The translations under genes were made by a program, and so were the position numbers. A stretch of DNA of 63,459 nt, the filler included, from Phoronis australis (Eukaryota; Animalia; Phoronida): NCBI GenBank assembly GCA_002633005.1. It is 4 parts of 4 records of this genome, joined end to end, with 100 filler letters (N's around TTAATTAATTAA, not from the genome) between each part and the next. Parts side by side here need not be neighbours in the genome. Positions count along the whole stretch, not along the records: positions 1 to 30,394 come from NMRA01000575.1; positions 30,495 to 56,564 come from NMRA01000516.1; 2 more parts are not named here. The stretch is one strand, 5' to 3'. The notes below the pieces were generated by a model. That model did not search any database, was not told the DNA's origin, and saw nothing but the letters and a program-made list of their open reading frames with translations. Shown in pieces: positions 28,201 to 36,592 of the stretch (the first letter of the stretch is position 1; every line of letters begins with the position of its first letter).

Positions 28201-28697
28201 AGATACTCAAGGTTTAATTACAAACTGCGATAGACTCAACGGTGAGGACATAATGAGCAGTCCGATGTCTTTTTCTTTTTGTAAATTAGTAATATAACAG
28301 TGATCTGCATGAATACGACGTGCGTTGGATTTCAAAATATCCATACCCCCTGTTTAGGATAAATACATGGAAAGGCATGTTTCTACTCTTGTAAAATTGT
28401 TTTTTTAAAATTGTTTGTAAAATAATTATGTTTCCCAGGCTAATTCAAGTAACAAGCAAACGTACGTGTATCCTGTTCGAATTCGCAAGTTTTAGTGATG
28501 CTTTTTCATGAGTCGCTGAAGGCTTCGATTTCTTGCGGTTCACGGAAATTCGGGCTTGCGGGTTAACAGCGTCGTACATTAGGTATTCAAGGTCAAACAT
28601 ACGATTGACAAAAGCACAGACACTGTACCTACCTCTTCCCTTTCATCTTCGGTGAGGGGTAACCTTCAGATCCGCCACTTACCTGTTTTGCTGCCAT
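1033..28697 (-). CDS. Multi-exon gene: ankyrin-repeat protein fused to a FAM111-like trypsin-fold serine protease (3' end outside the window)
   Basis: Phase-consistent GT-AG exons: 28697-28683, 23312-23223, 11901-11806, 11240-11142, 10781-10683, 10306-10208, 9655-9554, 4111-4013, 3385-3287, 2533-2302, 1281-1033. The protein starts MAAKQ|VIKAVEDGDCAPLQKLIKNKWNLNQPLDQE|RQTALHLAA..., with no signal peptide. Confidence 0.85.
2302..2533 (-). CDS. Exon 10: linker between ankyrin repeats and protease
   Basis: CAG acceptor, then MHMRSRRQSVKLPTSDVDADENPTP...SVDPKLM. A phase-1 GT donor (GTACTT, weak) matches the phase of the next exon. Confidence 0.7.
3287..3385 (-). CDS. Exon 9: C-terminal capping ankyrin repeat
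   Basis: 99 nt, phase 0-0, DNKTALDVCGNECHVFFNKVEDETIEKIKKVLE; ttgcag acceptor, gtatgt donor. Confidence 0.85.
4013..4111 (-). CDS. Exon 8: ankyrin repeat
   Basis: 99 nt, phase 0-0, RGNTPLHEASMHGRLAVVELLVQNNVDATILNE. Confidence 0.92.
9554..9655 (-). CDS. Exon 7: ankyrin repeat
   Basis: 102 nt, phase 0-0, WRNTPLHAASAGGHTEVVKLLCMESGCDINTVNE. Confidence 0.92.
10208..10306 (-). CDS. Exon 6: ankyrin repeat (tandem copy A)
   Basis: 99 nt, phase 0-0, SGWTPLHRAAERGHTDAAKVMLANKASVDVRDK. Confidence 0.92.
10683..10781 (-). CDS. Exon 5: ankyrin repeat (tandem copy B)
   Basis: 99 nt, phase 0-0, LGWTPLYWAAWDGHTDIVKVLLANKASVDVRDE. Confidence 0.92.
11142..11240 (-). CDS. Exon 4: rearranged ankyrin repeat (tandem copy C)
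   Basis: 99 nt, phase 0-0, splice sites intact, GGWTRVRDRTDTVNVLQVKYLLANKASVDVRDG; the TPLH motif is lost. Confidence 0.7.
11806..11901 (-). CDS. Exon 3: ankyrin repeat
   Basis: 96 nt, phase 0-0, RQTALHLAAGRGRTEVVRVLVQGGADVDVQDE. Confidence 0.92.
12670..13736. repeat. Pair of ~135-bp inverted repeats (12670-12803 and 13597-13736), probable DNA-transposon remnants
   Basis: gttttcgcgtgtacacgcgataaattgatacattcgcctgttcttgaa is the reverse complement of ttcaagaacaggcaaatgtatcaatttatcgcgtgtacacgtgaaaac, with a few mismatches. Confidence 0.75.
13366..13462 (+). repeat. Interstitial telomere-like tract of alternating TTAGGG/TTTAGGG
   Basis: About 5 copies of the 13-mer TTAGGGTTTAGGG, then degenerate TTAAGG/TTAGGG units. 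Confidence 0.92.
16372..17883 (-). mobile_element. Non-autonomous Helentron-associated element (HINE/DINE-1/pearl-like) with internal ~450-bp tandem repeats
   Basis: Subterminal inverted repeat ATGCGCCCACA at ~16397 and TGTGGGCGCAT at ~17871; terminal palindrome tgcgtccacatat-aa-atatgtgggcgca; adjacent (GGAC)n microsatellite; ~2.3 copies of a 450-456 bp unit made of three ~150-bp subunits. Confidence 0.8.
18020..19480 (+). mobile_element. Highly decayed CR1/L2-type LINE RT remnant, copy 1
   Basis: Broken RT-like peptides (…KLAK.KVES…, …WFSNN.L…). 18870-19470 is paralogous to 21170-21900, and 18640-18735 is paralogous to 19645-19740. Confidence 0.5.
19754..19982 (-). mobile_element. Short MITE-like repeat with CATGCGCGCACC termini
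   Basis: catgcgcgcacc...gggtgcgcgcatg termini; inverted relative of the copies at 42226-42455 and 42753-43003. Confidence 0.6.
20598..21008. mobile_element. PIF/Harbinger-type MITE
   Basis: TIRs GGCCCGGTCTCCAATCTT / AAGATTAGAGACCGGGCC, a 3-bp CAG target-site duplication (20595-20597, 21009-21011), and repeated internal CTCGAA/TTCGAG motifs. Confidence 0.8.
21170..21900 (+). mobile_element. Highly decayed CR1/L2-type LINE remnant, copy 2
   Basis: Clear direct similarity to 18870-19470, e.g. aaacaattctccgataaagcctccc and ctggttcagcaacaacacttgaaaaac. Confidence 0.5.
23223..23312 (-). CDS. Exon 2: N-terminal capping ankyrin repeat
   Basis: 90 nt, phase 0-0, VIKAVEDGDCAPLQKLIKNKWNLNQPLDQE; ttttcag acceptor, gtaagt donor. 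Confidence 0.85.
25284..25406. repeat. 42-bp minisatellite, 3 copies
   Basis: acgtgtatt...cattgcatataca starts at 25286, 25328 and 25370. Confidence 0.85.
25445..25592 (+). mobile_element. ~150-bp MITE, family shared with ~49980-50122 and 61700-61862
   Basis: CGTTCAGT(G/A)ACG.TAGG ... CCTAGCG.TACTGA inverted termini and an internal (GGTCCTAGCGTA) repeat. Confidence 0.7.
27778..28207. repeat. 50-bp minisatellite, ~8 copies, in intron 1 of the ankyrin-protease gene
   Basis: Unit ttctagtcagtaacaggataacagtggtcaacattagtatagtgtagata; two variants alternate. Confidence 0.92.
28683..28697 (-). CDS. Exon 1 coding part (MAAKQ) of the ankyrin-protease gene
   Basis: aagATGG Kozak context and a strong CAG|GTAAGT phase-0 donor; joins in frame to exon 2. 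Confidence 0.7.
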
Positions 28698-28779
28698 CTT
28701 CTTTCAATGTGCCTTTGAATCTGTGCCAACTCTGTACGACGGGACTGTTATTTACAGGTTGTGGTTCGTTATTGTAAAA

Positions 28780-29070
28780 ACCCATTGACGTCATTTGTGT
28801 TACTATTGGAGATACTCGATTCTTGTTTGACGATCGATCAACTGTGTGTGATAAGGAATACCGGGTATACCAGTCAGCCGAGTTGTTTACACCTTAATTT
28901 TCCAGGCATACCGGCAGGTAGCGTTAGTGGAGGCCTAGGATCCAATTTTCAGATTCTTCCCTATGGTCACCAATCACCTAGTATTTGTTGTCCCCGATCC
29001 CCTGTTTGTTTGCAGTTTCGAAGCTCTCTTCATTGGGTCGCGAACTTTCCTGTTTGAGGGAATGTCCCTA
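28780..29070 (-). promoter_or_regulatory. Putative proximal promoter motifs: palindromic CRE (TGACGTCA, 28786-28793) and a kappaB-like site (GGGACATTCCC on the minus strand, 29058-29068)
   Basis: Consensus matches ~90 and ~360 bp upstream of the ATG; motif match only. Confidence 0.35.
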
Positions 29071-30091
29071 AGAAAATTTCACCTGAACGATTACTCTTTA
29101 CACCTACGCGTAAGGGACCTTTTGGGCAGCATGCTACTGATACGTCCTTAATTAGCCCCAGAACAGTTGGTACAGACGGCTGTTGTCACGTTAATGACCA
29201 GTGACACGCCGTAATGTTTAATGCACATTCAATAATTTCATTAGTTTTATTGGTCAGAGGGTCTTGTTGGCTGACCTCATTTTGTTGATATTGGAGTCAT
29301 CAAAACATGTCAGAAGTTAAACATATTGTTAGTGCCCATAATGCCCATTGCTTATCTGTCTTCACTAAAGCGCTATTGACATTTTGCATCATTGTACACT
29401 TCACTCTTATTAAGTACAGTGTGTTCAGTTTTGGCTCCGATACACTGTGTGCAAGTTGTTTTTGACAAGTTTGAATTCTTTTTTTCAAAGTTTCTTTCTG
29501 AATTCTCAACATCGTTTTCTGTTTAATGCGTTTATTGAGTCAATGTGGCTATTTGGCAGAAAAAAGTGGTTATTTGCTGAGATTTTATGGTTTTCATTTC
29601 GTATTAGCTAACTGAAACCTCAAAAAGTAAGAAAATGCATGGATGAAACTCTTTAAAAGTGCCTGGGATTACAAAAACATGTTTCATATTACGTGTTATT
29701 ATGTGTATTATTAATATTATTATTTTAACACAAAGCCTCATTTTGAAGAAACGTGTATACATAGCAAAAATAACCCACCGGACGAAACCTGAAGAAGCAG
29801 TTTGAGGTTATTTTTGTAATAGTTGGTGAGTTGCCAAAATCTCTGACGGAACGTTGGATAATAGTCGCTTTAAAAGCTAGCTTGGTGCCAAAGTCAGGTG
29901 GCACGTGCTCCCCAAAGGTTTGCGACATTATGAGCTACAAATTGGAATACAATTTCACTCCACTGCCTAATTAAAAAGGCTAGATGTAAGTACAAACTTT
30001 TCACCAAAAAATACCCACAGAATATTTAATCTCAACACCACAGGTATTACGTAATAGCTTAAACTGAATTACATGCATTACAACTGTTTCA

Positions 30092-30394
30092 GCCGATTTC
30101 ATAAAGGTGGTTTAAAGTTAAACCTGGTTTAAACTGGGCTTAGACCAGGTTTAAAGATAATCTGCATTTCATAAAGGTGGTTTAACTTTTAGACCAGTGG
30201 TCTTGTAAAACCTGGTTTAACTCCAGTTTAGACCTGGTCTAAGTCAGTTTTCATTTCACCAACGAGGTATATATTACTTAGACCTGTATTAAGATCATAA
30301 ACCAGGATTAACTTTAGACTTGGTCATACCCAGGTTTAACACTTTTAAAGATGGCTGACTCAGACTTGCGAGATATACATGTGCTCTATCGAGC
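30092..30394 (+). mobile_element. Left end of a probable PIF/Harbinger element, truncated by an assembly gap
   Basis: GCCGATTTCATAAAGGTGGTTTAA terminus, dense CTGGTTTAA/TTAAACC subterminal repeats, and an aagATGG start at 30351 running into Ns. Confidence 0.5.
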
Positions 30395-30494
30395 NNNNNN
30401 NNNNNNNNNNNNNNNNNNNNNNNNNNNNNNNNNNNNNNTTAATTAATTAANNNNNNNNNNNNNNNNNNNNNNNNNNNNNNNNNNNNNNNNNNNN

Positions 30495-30612
30495 AGTTTG
30501 TATATTGTTGAGGGCTGGCTGTACACCATGGGTCAGTTTGTATATTGTTGAGGGCTGACTGTACACCATGGGTCAGTTTGTATATTGTTGAGGGCTGGCT
30601 GTACACCATGGG
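30495..30612. repeat. 40-bp tandem repeat, 3 copies abutting a gap
   Basis: agtttgtatattgttgagggctggctgtacaccatgggtc x3. Confidence 0.9.
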
Positions 30613-32342
30613 AGTAGGCTTTATGTCGTTCATTGGCATTGAACGTGACAAGAGGAACAGATCACAAACATAAACACTTTCTTCTAGAATGGTCCTCAGA
30701 GTTACATCAAAACGTGTCATGTGTTGAGGAGCAGATGGCAGACATGAACACATTGTTCTAGAATGATCCTCATAAGAGTTATAGCACAACGTATCATGTT
30801 TTGAGGAACAGATGGCAGACATGAACACTTTGTACTACAGTGGTCCTTGGCATAACATGTTAACTCTGAAGTATAGAAACTGAAACAAATTCTGATAATT
30901 AAGCTTAATTTATTATAAATTACTGAGGAGTTCTACTCATTATAGGTAAATTACAGATTAGAATTATTACCTTAAGAAGATTTCTTGAAAATTAACAATG
31001 AATATAGAGTTTAATCCAAGACTGTTGGTTACCAGATTCTTCATTTATTATTGTATTATTATGCATGGTTCACAGCAAAATTATGTGAATTTTTTTTGTC
31101 ATGTAATTCAAGTCCAGGTTTACACGTCAAAGTGCAGAACTGTTGAATATAGCGCTGATGCAGTGCCAATAGTCAGTCATGTCTTCTAAATGCCCAAGAT
31201 GCATTTTCAAATTTTGATGTGGTTATTTTAAACGTATTACACTTCATCCTATGCAAATATCAAGAAAATTGACCTAGGCGTGTAGTTTGCAGTAGAATAG
31301 TTCACGAGCTCTACAAACTGATATAAAAATCGTCATTGTAGATTGAATATTTTCGAGATAAGAGCTTTTTGAAGTTGCAAACTTTGTGCCATGAATCACT
31401 TAGGTGGAGCTGTATAAACCTTGCTCTGTTTAATCATTCCACCATCTTGGAAGAGAATCAGTGCCATGATGGATATTCTTTTCAAAAGTTGATGTACATT
31501 AATCCTGTTTACATATCTCTGTTGTGTGTTTTAGCTGTTTTGTTCAAATTCTTTTTTGTAGAAATGAGTGAGGATCTCGTACAGTGCTATAGGAAGCCTC
31601 GCCTTCTCTGTCACTCTGGTGGCCATTTTATTCCAACTTCGTCTGTTCACAAGAAAGTGTACACGGAGTTTCTGGAAGACATGTTGAAAGAAAAAAAGTT
31701 TGGAGGAAAAACATGATGTCTGTGGAACTTGACTTTTAGAACTCTCCTACTTTGGCTGATACGAAAGTCATGTGCTGCAGCTTTTTAAATTCAAAATCTA
31801 CTGTTTATGGTGTTATTTTTCTAAGAAGAAATGGTAATCGCTGATAATTTTAGAGTCACTTAGGCATTCATACTTTCAGTTAATGTTCCTCTCGCTCATA
31901 GTATTGATAAAGGTATGTAAACAGCCAAGCAAAATACCCACATTGTATTTCTGCTTTCACTTCTACTGGGTGAATGTAATTTTTGTATTACCAACTTCAG
32001 TAGGTTGGACTCAGTCTGTGCCTGGGGAACAATGAATTGACTTGCTCTCCAATGCTAAACTGAGACAGGTATGGTAACAAAGGTTCACTCACAATTACAT
32101 AATCTTTCATACTACAACCTGGCTTTTTATGTGGTAGTCCTGCTTTTCATTCCAGTTATCCCGTATTTTCATTCTCAAATGTTTACAACTATGCAGCAGG
32201 TATTCAAAATAACATCATCATAAATAGTGTTAATATTTTCCATAGTCCACTTTCTTTAGGAACAAAACAATCATAAAAATGTGTTCCAATGTGTCTTGTT
32301 TACCTTACTGCATACTGCATGCCAGTGTATCAGGATTATTAA

Positions 32343-34310
32343 TTATGCGCCCACATATTTGTCTGGGCGATCGGCGTCCGTGGCTGTATCTCCTAAACCT
32401 CTTGCAGGATCTTGTTAAAATTTGGTAAGTGTGTTCCTATGGGGTTGACGACAAAGGGCAAGGAGTTTCGGACTGACCTGAGTACTGCTGGGCCCTCTAG
32501 TGGCAATTTCATTTTTTTACGTCTACCTCTCTATCTTCAAAGGTTGAACCGATTTTCATGAAATTTGGCACATAGACATCTATTATTGAAGTGATGCTAT
32601 CCTTACGTTTTCGGGTGGATTCGAGGTATTTTTCACCATCTAGTGGCCATTTTTAGTATTTTCGAGTCCGTTTTTTGGCATTTGCCCCTTTGTCTACCAA
32701 ACCACTCTAAGGATGATTGCGAAAATCGGCATGTATGTTCTTACTTTGAAGAGGACTGTTGACGATGATTTTCCGACAACTTTGACTACTGTGGCACCTC
32801 CTAGTGGCAGTTTTGTTTGTTTTTGCGCCCATAGCTGTATCTCCTAAAGGCTGTACAAGTCAGAATCTTTATTAAANATGTTTACAACTATGCAGCAGGT
32901 ATTCAAAATAACATCATCATAAATAGTGTTAATATTTTCCATAGTCCACTTTCTTTAGGAACAAAACAATCATAAAAATGTGTTCCAATGTGTCTTGTTT
33001 ACCTTACTGCACACTGCATGCCAGTGTATCAGGATTATGATGCACCCACATATTTGTCTGGGCGTTCGGCATCCGTGGCTGTATCTCCTAAACCTCTTGC
33101 AGGATCTTGTTAAAATTTGGTAAGTGTGTTCCTATGGGGTTGACGACAGAGGGCGACGAGTTTCGGACTGACCTGAGTACTGCTGGGCCCTCTAGTGGCA
33201 ATTTCAGTTTTTTACGTCTACCTCTGTATCTTTAAAGGTCCTCAACCGATTTTCATGAAATTTGGCACATAGACATCTATTATTGAAGTGAAGCTATCCT
33301 TACGTTTTCGGGTGGATTCGAGGTATTTTTTACCATCTAGTGGCCATTTTTAGTATTTTCGAGTCCGTTTTTTGGCATTTGCCCCTCTGTCTACCAAACC
33401 ACTGTAAGGATGATTGCGAAAATCGTCATGTATGTTCTTACTTTGAAGAGGACTGTTGACGATGATTTTCCGACAACTTTGACTACTGTGGCACCTCCTA
33501 GTGGCAGTTTTGTTTGTTTTTGCGTCCATAGCTGTATCTCCTAAAGGCTGTACAAGTCAGAATCTTTATTAAACGCAGCAAATGTGTTTATAAGAAGTTG
33601 ACAATGGATAACGACGAGTTTTGGACGGACCCGACTACCGCTGTGCTCCCTAGTGGCAATTTTAGTTTTTTACCTCTGGCTCTGTAACTTCAAAGGCCCT
33701 CACCGATTTTCATAAAATTTGGCACATAGGCATGTATTAATGAGACTACATTATTCTTTTGTTGGATTTCAGGTATTTTGCGCCATCTAGTGACCATCAT
33801 AATTTTACCATTTTCGAGTTGGTTTTTCAACGTTTGCCCCTCTATCAACCAAACGATTCTAACGATGATTGTGAAAATTGGCATGTATGTTCCTATTATG
33901 AAGAGGACGGTTGCCGATGATTTTCCGACGACTTTGGCTACTGTGGTGCCTCCTAGTGGCACTTTTGTGCCCATGGCTGTATTTCCTAAACGGTTTGCAG
34001 AATCTTTTCTAAATTTAGAAAGTGTATTTATATGAAGCTAACATAACAATGACGACTTTCAGGCGGATCCAATGAACAGTGAGCCCCTTGTGGCAGTTTC
34101 ATTTTGTCTGTTTTCTTTTGTTTCTCTGAAGTTCCCTGACGGATTTCTATGAAATTTAGTGTATAGCTTTCTCAATGGTACGTTCCCGTTTTCGGATGGA
34201 TTGTATGTTTTTGCGCCATCTAGTGGCCATTTTTATGACAAATAAACAACCCTGAAAGCTCACCATTTGCGATGCATTCGTGGGTGCATTTCAACGTTCG
34301 CCTTGCTCTC
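32343..34310 (+). mobile_element. Helentron-associated element of the same family as 16372-17883 (its first ~530 bp appear twice because of an assembly overlap)
   Basis: Starts ttatgcgcccacatatt, has ~150-bp subunits with CTAGTGGC motifs, and ends gtgggtgcatttcaacgttcgccttgctct, matching the other copy's end. Confidence 0.78.
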
Positions 34311-34427
34311 TGAATACATTTTCAAGCCGAGCTCAAGAACAGATGTTTGTTTATCATTTTTTAAGTGTCAGAAGACATTTATCTACAAGTTTTGGATAGG
34401 TGAGTAGGCGGTTATTAGTTTATCAAT

Positions 34428-34892
34428 TTTTATGCGTCCACATATTTAAATGTGGATGCATTATGCCGTCATCTCTGTCTGTCCGTCCGGCGTCCGTCCG
34501 TCTAGCGTCCGTCCGGCGTCCGGTGTCCGGCTTCCACTCAGTGCTCTATCTCCAAAACCGTTTGTCATATGTTCATCAAATTTTGCACATGCGTTCCTTT
34601 CATGGATGGAACGGCATGAGCGAAGTTTGGGACGGATCCGATTTTCGGTGTACCCCTTAGTGGCAATTTTAGTTTTTTACGTTTACCTCTGTATCTTCAA
34701 AGGTCCTCAACATATTTTCACAAAAATTGATGTATAGGCATCTGTTAGTGAGACGACGGTATCATATCGTTTTGGGATGGATTCGACGTAGTTTGTGCCA
34801 CCTAGTGGCCATTTTTACTGTTTTCTTGTCTGTTTTTTAGCCCACCCTTCTGTCAACCAAACCGCTCTAAGCATGATTGTGAAAATTGGAAA
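34428..34892 (+). mobile_element. Third, truncated Helentron-associated element
   Basis: tttatgcgtccacatatttaaatgtggatgcat palindrome, (GTCC)n microsatellite and two CTAGTGGC-type subunits. Confidence 0.78.
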
Positions 34893-35024
34893 GGACGACG
34901 CAATTGTGGCACAAGACTGCCCGTCAAAGTTGTTCAGTTATTGGGTCATAGCACAGACCGCACAGTGGGTTAGCGTCTAAGGTAGCATTTTGTCAGTCAA
35001 TCCTACTAAACTTTCGTGTTGTTC

Positions 35025-35495
35025 TCTGACGTGAAGAGTCAATCTAATATCGCCACATGAGGTTCAGCCACGTGACTACAGAAGCCGCCTTTTGGATGCG
35101 ATGTCACTTTTCTGACGCAAGGCTAGGTGCGAATTAAGCTTGCTTCCACATTTGTCGAGAAGTAAAACATGCCAATTGGACGCGATGTCGTAGCATGTGG
35201 GGGTCTGTCCGGGGTAGCATCGCGACAGCGGGGTATATATGCGCTGACGGGGGCAGGGTGGCAAAAACGACCGGCTGATGGCAAACAGAAAGACGAGAAT
35301 CGAAGCTAAGCGAGATAAATTACACAACAAACAAAAGCACAACTGAAATCCGCAAGTCGTAGAAGCCGCGTCATTGCAGTATAGTTATGCGCTATCATTT
35401 TGGCGACCGTCTTTAAACGGTTGTATGGCCATTTGAGTGGCTAAACTGTGGTCTGTGGACTTTCCGAGCACTGTCCAGTGCAGAATTTAACAGGT
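35025..35495 (+). promoter_or_regulatory. Probable promoter and non-coding first exon of the Sushi/CCP gene
   Basis: Locally CpG-rich, with TGACG half-sites, CCAATTGG (~35172), TATA-like TATATAT (~35234), a donor aacag|gtaatt at ~35493 and a candidate acceptor ttgcag at ~36462, upstream of the ATG. Confidence 0.4.
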
Positions 35496-36592
35496 AATTA
35501 TCATTTGATAAATTGTACGATGTCTTCGTGTAGCCTTAATAAAGAGAAAACAACACGTGACCTGTCTGAAATTGATGCGCTTTTTTGTTTTAGTCAGTGT
35601 CTCAAAATGGTTTGAGTACATAAGAGAATCAAGTGTACTAGCTTGTACTAACCTATGCAACTTTTGGGGTAACTATTACCAAAGTACTGAGTTGTTGAAC
35701 GTCATATCTGAACTCCAAAATCAGTTACTTATCAGGAAAATGAGAGTGACTGAGGTGGCACACGGCCTGAAAGCCAGGTATTTCAACAACCAGGTAAATC
35801 AAGTGTCATTGGCCTTGCAAAAAATAAGAAAAAACCATTGATGTAAGGAAATCGAACTATTTTTTATAAAAAACTGCGAATAGGTGTTGAGGTGTACGAG
35901 ATAAAGTCGAGCAATTTTTTGGGGTTGAATTTTACCTATTCACGCTCGGTGTCGCCTCTTTAAAAGTATAGCGTCGTGATCCGAGGCTCTTTTGCATGTG
36001 TTGTAACCGGAATCTTCACGTACGCTTCAATGGTAAAGTCTACTTTACCGACTGCCTGTGCTTTGAAAACAACGCCCAAGGTAAGAGTGACATAATTGAG
36101 AAATTCTCAAGGTAGCGGACAATCACAGATGGCTCAGCGAATTTATAATATGAAAAATACGGACAAGTTGTCGCTTTATCTGCGGCAATGTGGAAAGAAC
36201 TCAAAAGAGTGAACGCATGGCTTAAAAAGCCCGAAAATAACTTAGGCCGCCGGGTTCTCCATTTTCTCTGACATATGTTCATACGAATACAAACGCAACA
36301 CGTAAACACACAAACACTGATGAATAAAATACCGGATAATTGAAGTTTATTTGACTGGAAAAACAAAACTTTACAAGGCCACGCACGCGAGATGAGTTTC
36401 TAAAGACGCTGAGGTCGTGTGTCCAACTATTGAAATAATATGGAGCAGGTGGCCTATTTGCAGGTAGCGTTTACATGCAGTACAACTGTTGCAGTCATAA
36501 ACTGACTGAAGACTGGCACATTGCCTTTTTTGCAACAATCATACCAAACTCGTGTATCACGTGAATTACGTCACGTTCCATGGGAATAAAAC

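Noticed and set aside
27778-28207. CRISPR-like or I-SceI-site-like appearance of the repeat (GGATAACAG)
   Set aside because: No unique spacers, no cas genes, eukaryotic context, and only a partial match to the 18-bp I-SceI site.
30395-30494. TTAATTAATTAA flanked by N runs (also at 56565-56664 and 62112-62211)
   Set aside because: Identical 100-nt construct at three gaps with stops in all six frames: an artificial scaffolding spacer, not biology.
31369-31760. 115-aa ORF and neighbouring coding-looking sequence
   Set aside because: No recognisable domain or consistent splice pattern; possibly a decayed transposon gene.
32178-33572. ~700-bp near-identical direct duplication around a single N at 32877
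   Set aside because: The junction is an N and the copies differ by scattered SNPs/indels: most likely overlapping contig ends from two haplotypes.
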